Origin: Myxococcota bacterium
GTDB lineage: Bacteria; Myxococcota_A; Bradymonadia; UBA7976; UBA1532
Assembly (NCBI GenBank): GCA_036337435.1
Contig: JAYZEG010000001.1
Coordinates: forward strand, 32,001 to 96,000
DNA: 64,000 nucleotides
Reading direction: 5' to 3'
Shown: in pieces, positions 1 through 10,373 of the stretch
How positions within the stretch are numbered: the stretch's first letter is position 1
How the letters are laid out: the number at the start of each line of letters is the position of its first letter
Notes under the pieces: generated by a model
What the model was told of the DNA's origin: nothing
Database searches by the model: none
The model's input: the letters and a program-made list of their open reading frames with translations, nothing else
Program-made: the position numbers and the translations under genes

Positions 1-8
1 GGGGATTA

Positions 9-3000
9 ATGAAGAGGACGCTGAACGAAAAACAAACCTTACCCGTACGGTTTATCACCGCGGCGAGTTTATTCGATGGGCACGACGCAGCAATCAACAT
101 CATGCGGCGGGTTTTGCAAGCTCGTGGGGCCGAAGTCATTCATTTGGGACACGACCGTGCAGTGCACGATGTCGTAAACGCCGCCGTCCAGGAAGATGCC
201 CACGGAATCGCCGTCTCCTCCTATCAGGGCGGTCACGTTGAATACTTCACCTACATGGTCCAACAGCTCGCAGCGGCTGGACGAAGTGACGTCGGAATTT
301 TCGGTGGCGGTGGCGGCACCATCACGGACAAAGAAATCCAACTACTCCACTCCCGTGGCGTCGCACGACTCTATTCCGTCGAAGACGGTCGTCAGCTCGG
401 TCTGGAAGGGATGATCGATGATATGATCGACCGCGCAAACCGACCCTTGACAACCACAGCCGGAACGCTGCCGGAAGACTTTGAGATGGGTAAACCGAGT
501 GCCGTGGCCCGAGCCATCACATTGATCGAAAATGCGCATGCCCTTGGAGACGTGGACAAACTGGATACCCTGAAAGCCCAGTTTACTCCGTCGGAGGCAA
601 CACCGGTGCTCGGAATCACCGGCGTCGGAGGCGCAGGAAAGTCGTCACTCACGGATGAATTGATCCGACGCTTTTTGGATGCTTATCCTGACAAACGATT
701 TGCCGTCTTATCCGTTGACCCCAGCCGCAGGCGGTCCGGCGGTGCACTGTTGGGCGATCGGATTCGAATGAACAGCACAACCGACCCACGCGTTTACATG
801 CGGTCCATGGCGACGCGTCAAGCGAACGTCTCGGTTCCGGAGGCCGTTCGGGATGTATTGGCCGTGCTCAAATCCTGTGTCTATGACCTGGTCATCCTGG
901 AAACCGCAGGGATTGGCCAGAGCGGGTCTGAAGTGATCGATCTATCGGATCTATCACTCTACGTCATGACGCCCGAGTACGGCGCTCCGAGTCAGCTTGA
1001 AAAAATTGATATGTTGGATTTCGCCGATGTCATCGCAATCAATAAAGCAGACAAACGCGGTGCGGATGATGCGCTCCGCTACGTCCGAAAACAAGTGCAG
1101 CGCAATCGAAACGCTTTTAGCGAACCACCGGACTCCATGCCGGTCTACAAATGTATGGCAAGCCGATTTGGGGATGCCGGCGTCGATCATTTATTCGCTG
1201 CTCTCAATGCCCATCTGAATGAACGCTGTGCAGGGGACTGGGTGTCATCCGCTCAGCCGGAACGCGCACCATCTCTGGCCACAGTGGTTCCGCCTGAACG
1301 GATACGCTATCTGTCTGAGGTTGCCGATGAAATTCGCAACTATAAAAAGGTGACGGCTCAGAAAGTTGAGATTGCCGCTCGGGCAGATGGGCTGTATCGC
1401 AGTCTCCTCGCCCTCGGTGTCAGCCTTGAGAAATGTGCGACGACTGTTGATACGCAAATCGATGACCCAGTCGTTCAGAGACTCGCTGAGGTCTATGAAC
1501 AAGCGATACAGGATCTTTCCGATGCCGATCGCGACGGCATACAAACCATGGACCAAACCCGCACCCGCTATGAAGCACCACTGATGACCTATGAAATTCG
1601 TGGCCGAACCATCAGTGTCGATAATTACTCCGAGAGCTTATCGGGCAATCAAATCCCCAAAGTGGCACTTCCGGTGTCACAAGATTGGGGGGAAATATTG
1701 AAGTGGCGGCGCTTGGAGAATATACCCGGGGCGTTTCCTTTCACCGCGGGCGTGTTCCCATTCAAGCGAACCGGAGAAGATCCCACGAGAATGTTTGCTG
1801 GTGAAGGTCACCCTGAACGCACCAACCACCGATTTCATTATTTATCGAAAGGTCAACCAGCTGCGCGTTTATCGACCGCATTCGACTCGGTCACTCTCTA
1901 CGGACGAGACCCAGCGAAGCGACCCGACATCTATGGCAAAGTGGGCAATTCGGGGGTCAGTGTCGCCACTTTGGACGATGCCAAACGCTTGTATTCGGGC
2001 TTCGACTTGACCGCACCCAGTACGAGCGTGTCGATGACGATCAATGGGCCTGCCCCAATGTTGCTGGCTATGTTTTTGAATACCGCAATTGACCAAGCGA
2101 TCGAGACCCGCCTCAAGGAGACCGGCCGATGGGCGGACGCGCAAGCGGCGATTCGCGAACTGGCACCGGACCAACCGATCTATCGGATGGACTTACCGCC
2201 GACACACGATGGCACTGGTCTCGGCTTGCTCGGCGTATCAGGCTGCCAGCTCGTCGACGAAGCAGAATATGCGGAGGTCCGTGCTGCAACGTTGGCCTCG
2301 GTTCGCGGCACCGTACAGGCAGACATATTAAAGGAAGACCAAGCACAGAATACGTGCATTTTCTCCACGGATTTCGCGTTAAAAATGATGGGGGATATCC
2401 AGGCTTATTTCATCGAGAACAAGATCCGTAATTTTTACAGTGTATCGATCAGCGGCTATCACATCGCCGAAGCCGGTGCGAACCCCATAACCCAGCTCGC
2501 CTTTACTCTGGCCAACGGCCTGACCTTCGTGGAGTACTACAAATCGCGCGGCATGGACATCGACGACTTTGCGCGCAATCTGTCCTTCTTTTTCTCAAAT
2601 GGGATCGACCCAGAGTACGCCGTGATTGGGCGGGTTGCCAGACGCATATGGGCGATCGCGCTGCGTGACTTGTATGGTGCTGGGGAAAGAAGCCAGAAAC
2701 TCAAATATCATATTCAAACGTCTGGTCGATCTTTGCATGCTCAAGAAATAGACTTCAACGACATCAGGACGACCTTACAGGCACTTTATGCCATCGCGGA
2801 CAACTGCAATAGCCTACATACGAATGCCTACGATGAAGCGATTACCACACCCACGGAGGCGTCTGTGCGCCGGGCTGTCGCGATTCAATTAATTATCAAT
2901 CGGGAACTCGGATTGATGAAAAACGAAAATCCCTTCCAGGGTGCTTATTTCGTCGAGCATTTGACCAATTTGGTCGAAGACGCTGTCTTGGCCGAATTTG

Positions 3001-3404
3001 ACCGAATCACCGAACGTGGTGGCGTGCTCGGGGCAATGGAAATGATGTATCAGCGCAGTAAGATTCAAGAAGAATCGATGACCTACGAGCAACAAAAACA
3101 TTCCGGTCAATTGCCCATTATCGGTGTCAACACATTCCTGCCGGACCAACCGAGTGAGGGCGTCATTGAGGTCGACCTAATTCGAGCGACCGAATCTGAA
3201 AAAGAGGCACAAATCACTGGAGTTGACGGCTTTCGGACCCGATATCCGGAGAAGAACCTCCAAGCCTTAGAGCAGTTACGACATGCTGCACTCTCCGGTG
3301 ATAATGTCTTCGCTGCCCTGATGGAGACAGTGAAGTGGTGTTCTTTGGGGCAAATCAGCGACTGTTTGTTTGCTGTGGGCGGTCAATATCGGCGAAACAT
3401 GTGA
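9..3404 (+). CDS. icmF: Fused isobutyryl-CoA mutase / MeaI GTPase (IcmF), AdoCbl-dependent
   Basis: N-terminal B12-binding domain ([17 protein letters not shown]), MeaB-like G-protein ([20 protein letters not shown]), C-terminal mutase barrel ([29 protein letters not shown]); 1131 aa. Confidence 0.95.
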   Translation: MKRTLNEKQTLPVRFITAASLFDGHDAAINIMRRVLQARGAEVIHLGHDRAVHDVVNAAVQEDAHGIAVSSYQGGHVEYFTYMVQQLAAAGRSDVGIFGGGGGTITDKEIQLLHSRGVARLYSVEDGRQLGLEGMIDDMIDRANRPLTTTAGTLPEDFEMGKPSAVARAITLIENAHALGDVDKLDTLKAQFTPSEATPVLGITGVGGAGKSSLTDELIRRFLDAYPDKRFAVLSVDPSRRRSGGALLGDRIRMNSTTDPRVYMRSMATRQANVSVPEAVRDVLAVLKSCVYDLVILETAGIGQSGSEVIDLSDLSLYVMTPEYGAPSQLEKIDMLDFADVIAINKADKRGADDALRYVRKQVQRNRNAFSEPPDSMPVYKCMASRFGDAGVDHLFAALNAHLNERCAGDWVSSAQPERAPSLATVVPPERIRYLSEVADEIRNYKKVTAQKVEIAARADGLYRSLLALGVSLEKCATTVDTQIDDPVVQRLAEVYEQAIQDLSDADRDGIQTMDQTRTRYEAPLMTYEIRGRTISVDNYSESLSGNQIPKVALPVSQDWGEILKWRRLENIPGAFPFTAGVFPFKRTGEDPTRMFAGEGHPERTNHRFHYLSKGQPAARLSTAFDSVTLYGRDPAKRPDIYGKVGNSGVSVATLDDAKRLYSGFDLTAPSTSVSMTINGPAPMLLAMFLNTAIDQAIETRLKETGRWADAQAAIRELAPDQPIYRMDLPPTHDGTGLGLLGVSGCQLVDEAEYAEVRAATLASVRGTVQADILKEDQAQNTCIFSTDFALKMMGDIQAYFIENKIRNFYSVSISGYHIAEAGANPITQLAFTLANGLTFVEYYKSRGMDIDDFARNLSFFFSNGIDPEYAVIGRVARRIWAIALRDLYGAGERSQKLKYHIQTSGRSLHAQEIDFNDIRTTLQALYAIADNCNSLHTNAYDEAITTPTEASVRRAVAIQLIINRELGLMKNENPFQGAYFVEHLTNLVEDAVLAEFDRITERGGVLGAMEMMYQRSKIQEESMTYEQQKHSGQLPIIGVNTFLPDQPSEGVIEVDLIRATESEKEAQITGVDGFRTRYPEKNLQALEQLRHAALSGDNVFAALMETVKWCSLGQISDCLFAVGGQYRRNM

Positions 3405-3409
3405 CTGCG

Positions 3410-3658
3410 ATGAAATTATCGACGCCATTACAACTTGTGTACTTTGGGATTGCCTTTACCAGCGCCTGCACGCTCGTGATGTTCGCCTTGTCGTTCATCC
3501 GACCCTTACTCGATGAATCGACACCGACTGCCGTGAGGGTCATTTGTATGGTCAGTCCGCTCTTGATTTCGATTCCTTACGGACTCCGCGTCGTCAAGGT
3601 GGCGAAGCGAGACCAATTACGCCTTGGTTCAGCTCTGATCAAAGCGTTGAAGAGATGA
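3410..3658 (+). CDS. Small 2-TM membrane protein (82 aa), unknown function
   Basis: ATG 5 nt after the icmF stop; two hydrophobic segments; stop overlaps the amidase ATG (ATGA 3655-3658). Confidence 0.65.
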   Translation: MKLSTPLQLVYFGIAFTSACTLVMFALSFIRPLLDESTPTAVRVICMVSPLLISIPYGLRVVKVAKRDQLRLGSALIKALKR

Positions 3659-5349
3659 GCGATGATTATCAACTTGACGCACTCTCGGCGCCGAGAACGG
3701 CCGGTCGATTGCTCAAGATAGCGGCGGCTTTGGTGGAAACGCGATGGCCCGGTGATTGGATCGCAAATCGCTTCTTGAATGACGTAGGCATCCAACGACT
3801 TCGAGATATTGACTGCAGCGACCCACTGCCCGCTGTCCACCCCATCTTCGGCGATGCCCACAATCCATCCATTGACACAACACCGTTGGCGAACACATCG
3901 ACCCACAACGGAGATGCGCATCCAGGCATTGGAGCGGCAGATTTCAGACGGGCTTATCTCGACGGAACAACGTCGCCGTTGAAGGTGGCGGAGCGAATCA
4001 TCAGCACCGGTGTGGAGCCCGACTTGAGACCATCGCTCAATGCCATCGTCGCCCTTGACCAAGATGACCTCTATCATCAGGCTCGCTTATCGACCCAAAG
4101 ATACGAGCAAAATCGCTCTCTTGGCCCCTTGGACGGCGTACCCATAGGCGTAAAAGATGAGCTGGACCTAGCCGGCTACAGAACCCGAGTTGGAACCTGT
4201 TTTTTAGGTCTTAAGCCTGCCCTTACTGATGCAACACCCGTCGCACGCTTGCGCAGTGCAGGGGCTCTGCTCATCGGGAAATTAAACATGCATGAGATCG
4301 GGATCGGCGTCACGGGCATTAATCCCCACCATGGCACCGCGAGAAATCCATATGATCGGCAAAGACTGACCGGGGGCTCGTCCAGCGGTAGCGGTGCTGC
4401 CGTCGCGGCCGGCTTATGCCCCATCGCTGTTGGTGCAGATGGTGGCGGTTCAATTCGAATACCGGCGTCATTTTGTGGCGTCGTAGGGCTCAAGCCAACC
4501 TATGGTCGAGTAAGCGAGATGGGTGCTGCTCCGCTCTGTTGGTCCGTCGCGCACGTTGGTCCATTGGGATTGAATGTATCAGATGTCGCAGCGGCCTATT
4601 CGGTCATGAGCGGTCCCGACCCAGCGGACATCAATACGATGTTCCAACCTGAGGTTGAACATAACTTTGCGGCTCCAGAACGCCTTGATGGGCTTAAAGT
4701 TGGCGTTTATGACCCATTTTTCACAGACGCAGATCCAGACGTGGTCAACATCTGTCAGCGCGCCCTCGACAAAGCTGTGCAATTGGGCGCCCAACGACAT
4801 ACGATCTCTATTTCGAACTTGGATGTGCTGCGAACGGCGCACATGGTAACCATCGTCAGCGAGATGCTGACATCTATGGGACCCCATCTCAAGGCACATA
4901 AACGGAAATTCGGTTACGATGTACGCCTTAATCTCGCCATCGCTCAGCGAATTCGAAATAGCGACTATGTCAAGGCACAGCGATTGCGTGTGGGCATTTA
5001 TCGAGAGTTCAAAAAACTCTACGAATCAGTGGATATCATCGCGATGCCGACCACGGCTTGCACAGCCCCCCACTTGCGCGCCGATGCGCTCGAGACGGGC
5101 GACTCCGACCTGGCCCTTCTCGATAAGGTCATGCGCTTCTCACCGATAGCAAACTTAACTGGTTTGCCCAGCATTAGCCTCCCGGTCGGTTACGACCAGC
5201 AAGGTCTCCCCGTTGGCCTTCAACTGATGGGCGCCCCGTGGACGGAAAGTAAATTGTTGAGGATTGCAGGGGCGATTGAGACCCATAGTGAACGTCGTTT
5301 ACCCAAAGACTACGTCGACTTAATCAGCCCAAGATCCGGTCCCCGCTAA
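3655..5349 (+). CDS. Amidase-signature family enzyme, fatty-acid amide hydrolase-like
   Basis: PLDGVPIGVKD (catalytic Lys), GGSSSGS, GADGGGSIRIPASFCGVVGLKPTYGR, GLPVGLQL; start placed at the ATGA overlap rather than ORF start 3544. Confidence 0.9.
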   Translation: MSDDYQLDALSAPRTAGRLLKIAAALVETRWPGDWIANRFLNDVGIQRLRDIDCSDPLPAVHPIFGDAHNPSIDTTPLANTSTHNGDAHPGIGAADFRRAYLDGTTSPLKVAERIISTGVEPDLRPSLNAIVALDQDDLYHQARLSTQRYEQNRSLGPLDGVPIGVKDELDLAGYRTRVGTCFLGLKPALTDATPVARLRSAGALLIGKLNMHEIGIGVTGINPHHGTARNPYDRQRLTGGSSSGSGAAVAAGLCPIAVGADGGGSIRIPASFCGVVGLKPTYGRVSEMGAAPLCWSVAHVGPLGLNVSDVAAAYSVMSGPDPADINTMFQPEVEHNFAAPERLDGLKVGVYDPFFTDADPDVVNICQRALDKAVQLGAQRHTISISNLDVLRTAHMVTIVSEMLTSMGPHLKAHKRKFGYDVRLNLAIAQRIRNSDYVKAQRLRVGIYREFKKLYESVDIIAMPTTACTAPHLRADALETGDSDLALLDKVMRFSPIANLTGLPSISLPVGYDQQGLPVGLQLMGAPWTESKLLRIAGAIETHSERRLPKDYVDLISPRSGPR

Positions 5350-5354
5350 ACGCT

Positions 5355-5483
5355 GTGAAATATCAGATTAAGCTTAATAAAAAAATAAAAATAAGAATAA
5401 TTTCATTAACTTAAGATTAAACCTTTCGGTTCCCTAAAGATTTATCAAAAGAGGGATGTACAAGCGGATAAAAGTGTGGATAA
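5355..5483. promoter_or_regulatory. AT-rich tract with adjacent DnaA box(es)
   Basis: Very AT-rich 5355-5450; TGTGGATAA at 5475-5483 is a perfect TTATCCACA on the minus strand; 2-mismatch box AGCGGATAA at 5463-5471. Confidence 0.5.
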
Positions 5484-5524
5484 TAGGGCGCGAAAATCGC
5501 ACTTACACCTACACAGGGGACAAA

Positions 5525-5866
5525 GTGGGCAAAACCACCACCGCACAAACAGTCGATGTCGTTGAGACCACGGACTTGACCGAGTCTAGAAACCAATTGA
5601 TGAGACGTGAGTTACCCCGATTGAGAGACCTGACGACGCTCACCGCTGACCGGTCCGTGGATGATATCTTCGAGATTACGGATGGGCGTGATGCCGAGGA
5701 AGACTTAACCATCGGCCCGTATAATGCGGCGGCCCTAGCGGGACGAGCACTCGACTTGGGTGCCGGCGTTTCACAAGACTACCTGGATGGATTCGTGGCC
5801 GGCCTTAAAGATTTGCATAACCTCTCCAGATTGCCGGAGCCCCGTCGCCGTAAGCGTCGCAAGTAG
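5525..5866 (+). CDS. Hypothetical protein (~113 aa), acidic core with basic tail PRRRKRRK
   Basis: GTG at 5525 preceded by AGGGGA; in frame with ORF 5456-5866. Confidence 0.65.
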   Translation: MGKTTTAQTVDVVETTDLTESRNQLMRRELPRLRDLTTLTADRSVDDIFEITDGRDAEEDLTIGPYNAAALAGRALDLGAGVSQDYLDGFVAGLKDLHNLSRLPEPRRRKRRK

Positions 5867-6028
5867 TCACCCCAGCACCAAACCCACATTTCCCTGACCC
5901 ACGTCCGGATACCCTGTTAATTTGATATCGACAGCGTCGATGGCAGAGGAGACTTTGAAGTATACGTCAATTCGGTTAGAGGTCGTCTAAATCCACTGTG
6001 TCGCGGGTGAATGTTTAAGGGGTGCTCA

Positions 6029-7450
6029 ATGAATCGATTGTTTTGGTTAACCGGAATTTTGATTTTGACCCATGGCTGTGATGGGACCAGCCGAGACCGC
6101 GAGGCGACCAGTGCCGATGGCGGCAATATGAGCCTAGACTCCTTCCCATCAGATGCTTCTAGACATGATGCCGTGAGTCTGAATGATGCGACAATGGATG
6201 CTGGGCCCGAGTCAGAACGGCAAGATGAAGGACGCAGAGTCAGTGCTGAAAATCTGTGTGACGGTCTGGATGATGACGCTGACGGTCTCATCGATGAAGG
6301 GACCACCAATGCATGCGGGGGGTGTGGGGGACTGCCTCCAGGAGGCTGCCAACTTTGGTCAGTCAATCTGACGCAGGCGACTGACAATCCTGTCAACACA
6401 AGCCGACTCATTGGACTCGCAGCTCGAATTATTGGCGTGAGCTCTGTGGATATACCCAATGCCAATTGTCGTGTCACCCGACTTACATTGACGGAGACAG
6501 CGGATGAAAACCTTGGACTTGTCTCGATGACCAACGATGGACGGACCGTCACACTGAGACCGAACTTTGACCCAAATTCAGAGCGAGTTTTTTATTCACC
6601 AGATGATGAATCAGCCGTAACAATTCAGTTTCAAGCTGACTCGGAGATACACGTGAGTACGACGGGGGGCCCGCAAATCCCGGCCTTCGAAAACGAGGTG
6701 ACAATGCCCCATCCAATTCAATTAGAATCGGAAGACAACCTAGATAGTGTCGCCCATTTTATGACCAACATGAACACGGAGCCGCCCACAATTCGTTGGC
6801 AACCCGACGGTGCATCAGACGGCCGCCTGAGGCTTTACATCGGAGGGAGTAAGGTCATCTTCAGACGCGTCGCCTTCTATCAAGCAATCGAGCACTTGGT
6901 TTTGGATGCGACTGTCATCGATGATGGCGAGTTGACCCTACCGCAAACGTTTTCCGGTCAAGGTATCGAGGGCAGTTCGATGTGGGTCTACCTACTCCGA
7001 CAAATGAGTCGCCGCCTTACATTTGGACCTCATGCCGTGCTGCTGACCGCTGGACAACGGACCGAGACCCGTATAGCGGGCGGCACTGACCTCAGAGAGC
7101 AGCCGCCTTTTCAAATCGTCAGCCCCAATCCAAATACGCGCGCTGTCGATACCACGCAGCCCCTGTCCATTCGCTGGACACAGCTGCCGCTTGGAACGGG
7201 TCCACTTCAAATGTCCCTCAGTTACCGAGACACGGACATTGGACAACAGACCCTTGTCGAATGCGACGTCATTGACCCGACTTTGAACGAATTAATTTTG
7301 CCCGAGGACATGGCGGCAGACATTCCAACTCAACCCGGCCAATTTCGGCAAATTACACTGAGGTGGACGACCTCAGAGCAGTCGCTACCAGGACCGGAAC
7401 AAGGGCAGCTCTCCAAGGCGATCAGCGTCTTTTTAAACTTCACACAATAG
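6029..7450 (+). CDS. Lipoprotein with a CDGxDD-type (MopE-related) putative metal-binding motif
   Basis: Lipobox-like LTHGC; ENLCDGLDDDADGLIDEGTTNACGGCG; beta-rich remainder. Confidence 0.75.
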   Translation: MNRLFWLTGILILTHGCDGTSRDREATSADGGNMSLDSFPSDASRHDAVSLNDATMDAGPESERQDEGRRVSAENLCDGLDDDADGLIDEGTTNACGGCGGLPPGGCQLWSVNLTQATDNPVNTSRLIGLAARIIGVSSVDIPNANCRVTRLTLTETADENLGLVSMTNDGRTVTLRPNFDPNSERVFYSPDDESAVTIQFQADSEIHVSTTGGPQIPAFENEVTMPHPIQLESEDNLDSVAHFMTNMNTEPPTIRWQPDGASDGRLRLYIGGSKVIFRRVAFYQAIEHLVLDATVIDDGELTLPQTFSGQGIEGSSMWVYLLRQMSRRLTFGPHAVLLTAGQRTETRIAGGTDLREQPPFQIVSPNPNTRAVDTTQPLSIRWTQLPLGTGPLQMSLSYRDTDIGQQTLVECDVIDPTLNELILPEDMAADIPTQPGQFRQITLRWTTSEQSLPGPEQGQLSKAISVFLNFTQ

Positions 7451-7465
7451 AGGAAAGGGTCTCCT

Positions 7466-8197
7466 GTGACCAATCAACAAGCAAGAGACAAGGTCGCCGT
7501 GGTGACCGGCGGTGCGATTCGAGTGGGTGAGGCCATCAGCCGACGGCTCGCGGCAGCTGGCTACCATGTTGTCATCCATGCGTTCAGCCACGAGAATAGA
7601 GCACGGTCATTGGCCATTGAATTGGGTGGTTCCCATATTTGTGCTGACCTCAGTCAGAGGGCCGGTGCTGGCGTGATTTTCAACCACGTCGATGCCCTTG
7701 GATTGCCCCTGGAAATCCTCGTAAACAACGCGGCAATTTTCCAGCCATCAGCCCCAGAAGCCGTGACCGAAGAGATGTGGGATACCCACATCGCTGTGAA
7801 TATCACCGCACCCTTCCAATTAGCCCAACTCGCTGCACCAAGGATGCGGCGTCAGGGCAATGGAGCCATCATTAACCTGCTCGATATCGCGTCACTCCGT
7901 CCAGAATCGGACTACGTACACTATTCGGCTACCAAAGCCGCGCTGGAATCTCTGACCAAAGGCCTGGCTGCGCAATGGGCGCCCGAGATCAGAGTCAATG
8001 GAGTGGCACCAGGTGCTGCACTGATGCCAGAAACGTTTACGGATGCCGAACGACAACTGCGCCTAGACAGAACGCCCATGGGCATTGAACCCGGCGCGGC
8101 ACCCATTGCTGAGGCGGTTGAGTTTCTAGCCATTGGACCGAAAGCGATCACAGGCGTTGTGCTCCCAGTAGACGGCGGTCTTGGAATCACCTGGTGA
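7466..8197 (+). CDS. Short-chain dehydrogenase, pteridine reductase (PTR1/FolM-like)
   Basis: TGGAIRVG with the Arg typical of the pteridine reductase subgroup, NNAA, YSATK, VNGVAPG, VDGG. Confidence 0.8.
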   Translation: MTNQQARDKVAVVTGGAIRVGEAISRRLAAAGYHVVIHAFSHENRARSLAIELGGSHICADLSQRAGAGVIFNHVDALGLPLEILVNNAAIFQPSAPEAVTEEMWDTHIAVNITAPFQLAQLAAPRMRRQGNGAIINLLDIASLRPESDYVHYSATKAALESLTKGLAAQWAPEIRVNGVAPGAALMPETFTDAERQLRLDRTPMGIEPGAAPIAEAVEFLAIGPKAITGVVLPVDGGLGITW

Positions 8198-8200
8198 GGA

Positions 8201-8875
8201 TTACCGTCTGATCCGCTTGCTTTTGTTCATCTTCGCCTCTTCCGCGATCCGCTTCTTGGTGGCCGCCCAACTACAGATTGGACAGGTGGACAAATCGTGG
8301 TGTCGGGCGGGACAATACTCACGGCCAAAGTAAATGATTTGGAGATGCAGCCGATTCCATTTCTCTTTCGGAAACAGCTTTTTCAAATCTCGTTCCGTCG
8401 TCTCTACGTTTCGTCCAGACGATAGACCCCATCGAGCCGCGAGTCGATGGATGTGCGTATCGACAGGAAATGCCGGTACACCGAATGCTTGTGCCATGAC
8501 AACGGATGCCGTTTTATGCCCAACCCCAGCAAGAGCTTCAAGAGCGTCGATATCAGGCGGGACTTGTCCACCATGGCGCTCGACCAAATCAGTGCTCAGC
8601 TTATGGATATTCTTTGCTTTGGTTGGTGCCAATCCGATTTGCCGAATCAATTGCGCGATCTCCTCGACACTGAGTGCCATCATCGCACTTGGGTTATCCG
8701 CCCGAGCAAAGAGCCCTGGCGTGATTTCATTTACTTTCTTGTCGGTGCTCTGCGCACTGAGCAGCACCGCAATCAAAAGCGTAAACGGATCGGTATGGTC
8801 TAAGGGAATGGGCGTTTCCGGGTAGAGCTCTTCGAGCATGTTGCCAATTCGGTCCGCCTTATCTTGCCTCTTCAT
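8201..8875 (-). CDS. nth: Endonuclease III (HhH-GPD DNA glycosylase/AP lyase)
   Basis: LLSAQSTD, LAGVGHKTA (HhH, catalytic Lys), FPVDTHIHR. Confidence 0.93.
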   Translation of the reverse strand: MKRQDKADRIGNMLEELYPETPIPLDHTDPFTLLIAVLLSAQSTDKKVNEITPGLFARADNPSAMMALSVEEIAQLIRQIGLAPTKAKNIHKLSTDLVERHGGQVPPDIDALEALAGVGHKTASVVMAQAFGVPAFPVDTHIHRLAARWGLSSGRNVETTERDLKKLFPKEKWNRLHLQIIYFGREYCPARHHDLSTCPICSWAATKKRIAEEAKMNKSKRIRR

Positions 8876-8892
8876 AATGCTCGTTTAACCCC

Positions 8893-10371
8893 CTACAAAA
8901 TTTGAAAGTCCCATCGAATCTGAAGCCAGAGTTGATCGTGTGTTTTCAAACCATTGAACGGACCGACTGTCGATGCCGTTCCTGCCCCGTAATGAACGTA
9001 CAAGGCTGTCAGCTTCAACGCATCAACTAATTCATAGGCCAAACCGCCCCGCATTAGCCAGCCGTATTGGGCCTTTAATCCCATCGCCGTTGCGGCCACA
9101 TCAAGTCTCAATCGCTCTCGCAGATAGCTCTTTGACACTCGAGCTGCGGTCTGAAAGGCTGAGACAGGAAAGAGCGCATTGGTCCCACCACTCAACGGAT
9201 AAGATTGCTGTGCCTCCAAGCTCACCGTGGTTTCACTAAAGCCAGAATAAGTCACACCCGCCATGCCGGTCAGCAGGGTCATCGTGTCGATGTCGATGGT
9301 TGGAATAGACGCGCTCACACGCCCTGTATTGTAAGCTTTATCAAACTCCATGAGCCATTCAGATTTGGCGACAAAAGAGCCTGTCACGAAAGAGATAGAC
9401 GCGCCCGTTAAAGAATATCTTCGGTGGTCTAGTTCCAGGTCTATGGATTCTGGGAACCCAGCCAAATCATTGACCGAAACACCCGCATCTAGCAATCCAT
9501 CTAAGAGTTCAAAACCCTCCGGTAACACGACCACCCCTTGTCGGTCTCGAAGCCACCCGTAATATAAGCCCAGATCAAACCCTTCAGCCTTGAGAAGCCA
9601 ACGGGCGACGATATTCCCGCTCTCGAGTCCGTAACGCGCCTGTGTGTGCTTATATCTGACGGTCCGGTCGTCCAAGAATGTAGAGGCCAGGTCATTGGCG
9701 CGCAGAACCTGAGCTAATGGACTGTATTCAGACAGAGGGCTTGGTTGTTCGCCAAAGTACCCTTCGTGTGTTGCGATCAATTCGAATCGGCCGACGGCGG
9801 ATACAACACCAAGCTGGGTGGCAAGGATCGATAGACGAATATCATCTAGGTCAGCGAGCCCTGGCTCTCGTAGATCTCGGGGGTTGACGATATCAAGTGG
9901 ACTAAATACATCTCCTTCGCCCCATGCGACGGTTTGCCGACCGAACTTGACATCGATAAACGCCGTTTGAAACGCCACATATTGCTCTCTCGGAAAGTAG
10001 CGGGCGCGGTAGCTGGCTAAGGTCGCATCGTCGTAGCGTGATTCATCCAATTCGTAGGCCCCATCGTATTCGAAATGACCACCGAGAACCACGCGCCATC
10101 CCGTGCCTTTGTAGAGACCATCCAAGTCGAGACTTTGCCGTAATGTCGAGATTGGATCTTCGTCGAGCCGGTTGAGCCAAAAGCCTGCTCGACTGCGAAG
10201 AAAGCCTTTTAGTTGAAGCGCTGTCAGAGTCGGCTGGGCAGACAGGTCGATATCGGGCGTGTCCGCAAAGCCAAACTCATCTTGGTCATCTCCCCAGTCG
10301 GCGTCTTCCGTCTGGGCCGCCAGGGGCGTGGCAAGGAACAGAATCGATGCAACCAGGACGGCACGACCCAT
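8893..10371 (-). CDS. Outer-membrane beta-barrel protein (DUF1302-like)
   Basis: Signal peptide; GRQTVAWGEGD..SPLDIVNPRD motif; aromatic C-terminal strand; third gene of the MMPL operon. Confidence 0.7.
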   Translation of the reverse strand: MGRAVLVASILFLATPLAAQTEDADWGDDQDEFGFADTPDIDLSAQPTLTALQLKGFLRSRAGFWLNRLDEDPISTLRQSLDLDGLYKGTGWRVVLGGHFEYDGAYELDESRYDDATLASYRARYFPREQYVAFQTAFIDVKFGRQTVAWGEGDVFSPLDIVNPRDLREPGLADLDDIRLSILATQLGVVSAVGRFELIATHEGYFGEQPSPLSEYSPLAQVLRANDLASTFLDDRTVRYKHTQARYGLESGNIVARWLLKAEGFDLGLYYGWLRDRQGVVVLPEGFELLDGLLDAGVSVNDLAGFPESIDLELDHRRYSLTGASISFVTGSFVAKSEWLMEFDKAYNTGRVSASIPTIDIDTMTLLTGMAGVTYSGFSETTVSLEAQQSYPLSGGTNALFPVSAFQTAARVSKSYLRERLRLDVAATAMGLKAQYGWLMRGGLAYELVDALKLTALYVHYGAGTASTVGPFNGLKTHDQLWLQIRWDFQIL

Positions 10372-10373
10372 TA

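Noticed and set aside
3544..3654. N-terminal extension of the amidase ORF
   Set aside because: It overlaps the small membrane ORF; the ATGA overlap at 3655 is the more plausible start
5456..5524. Longer start for the orphan ORF
   Set aside because: GTG 5525 has a better RBS and the extension covers promoter-like sequence; not fully excluded
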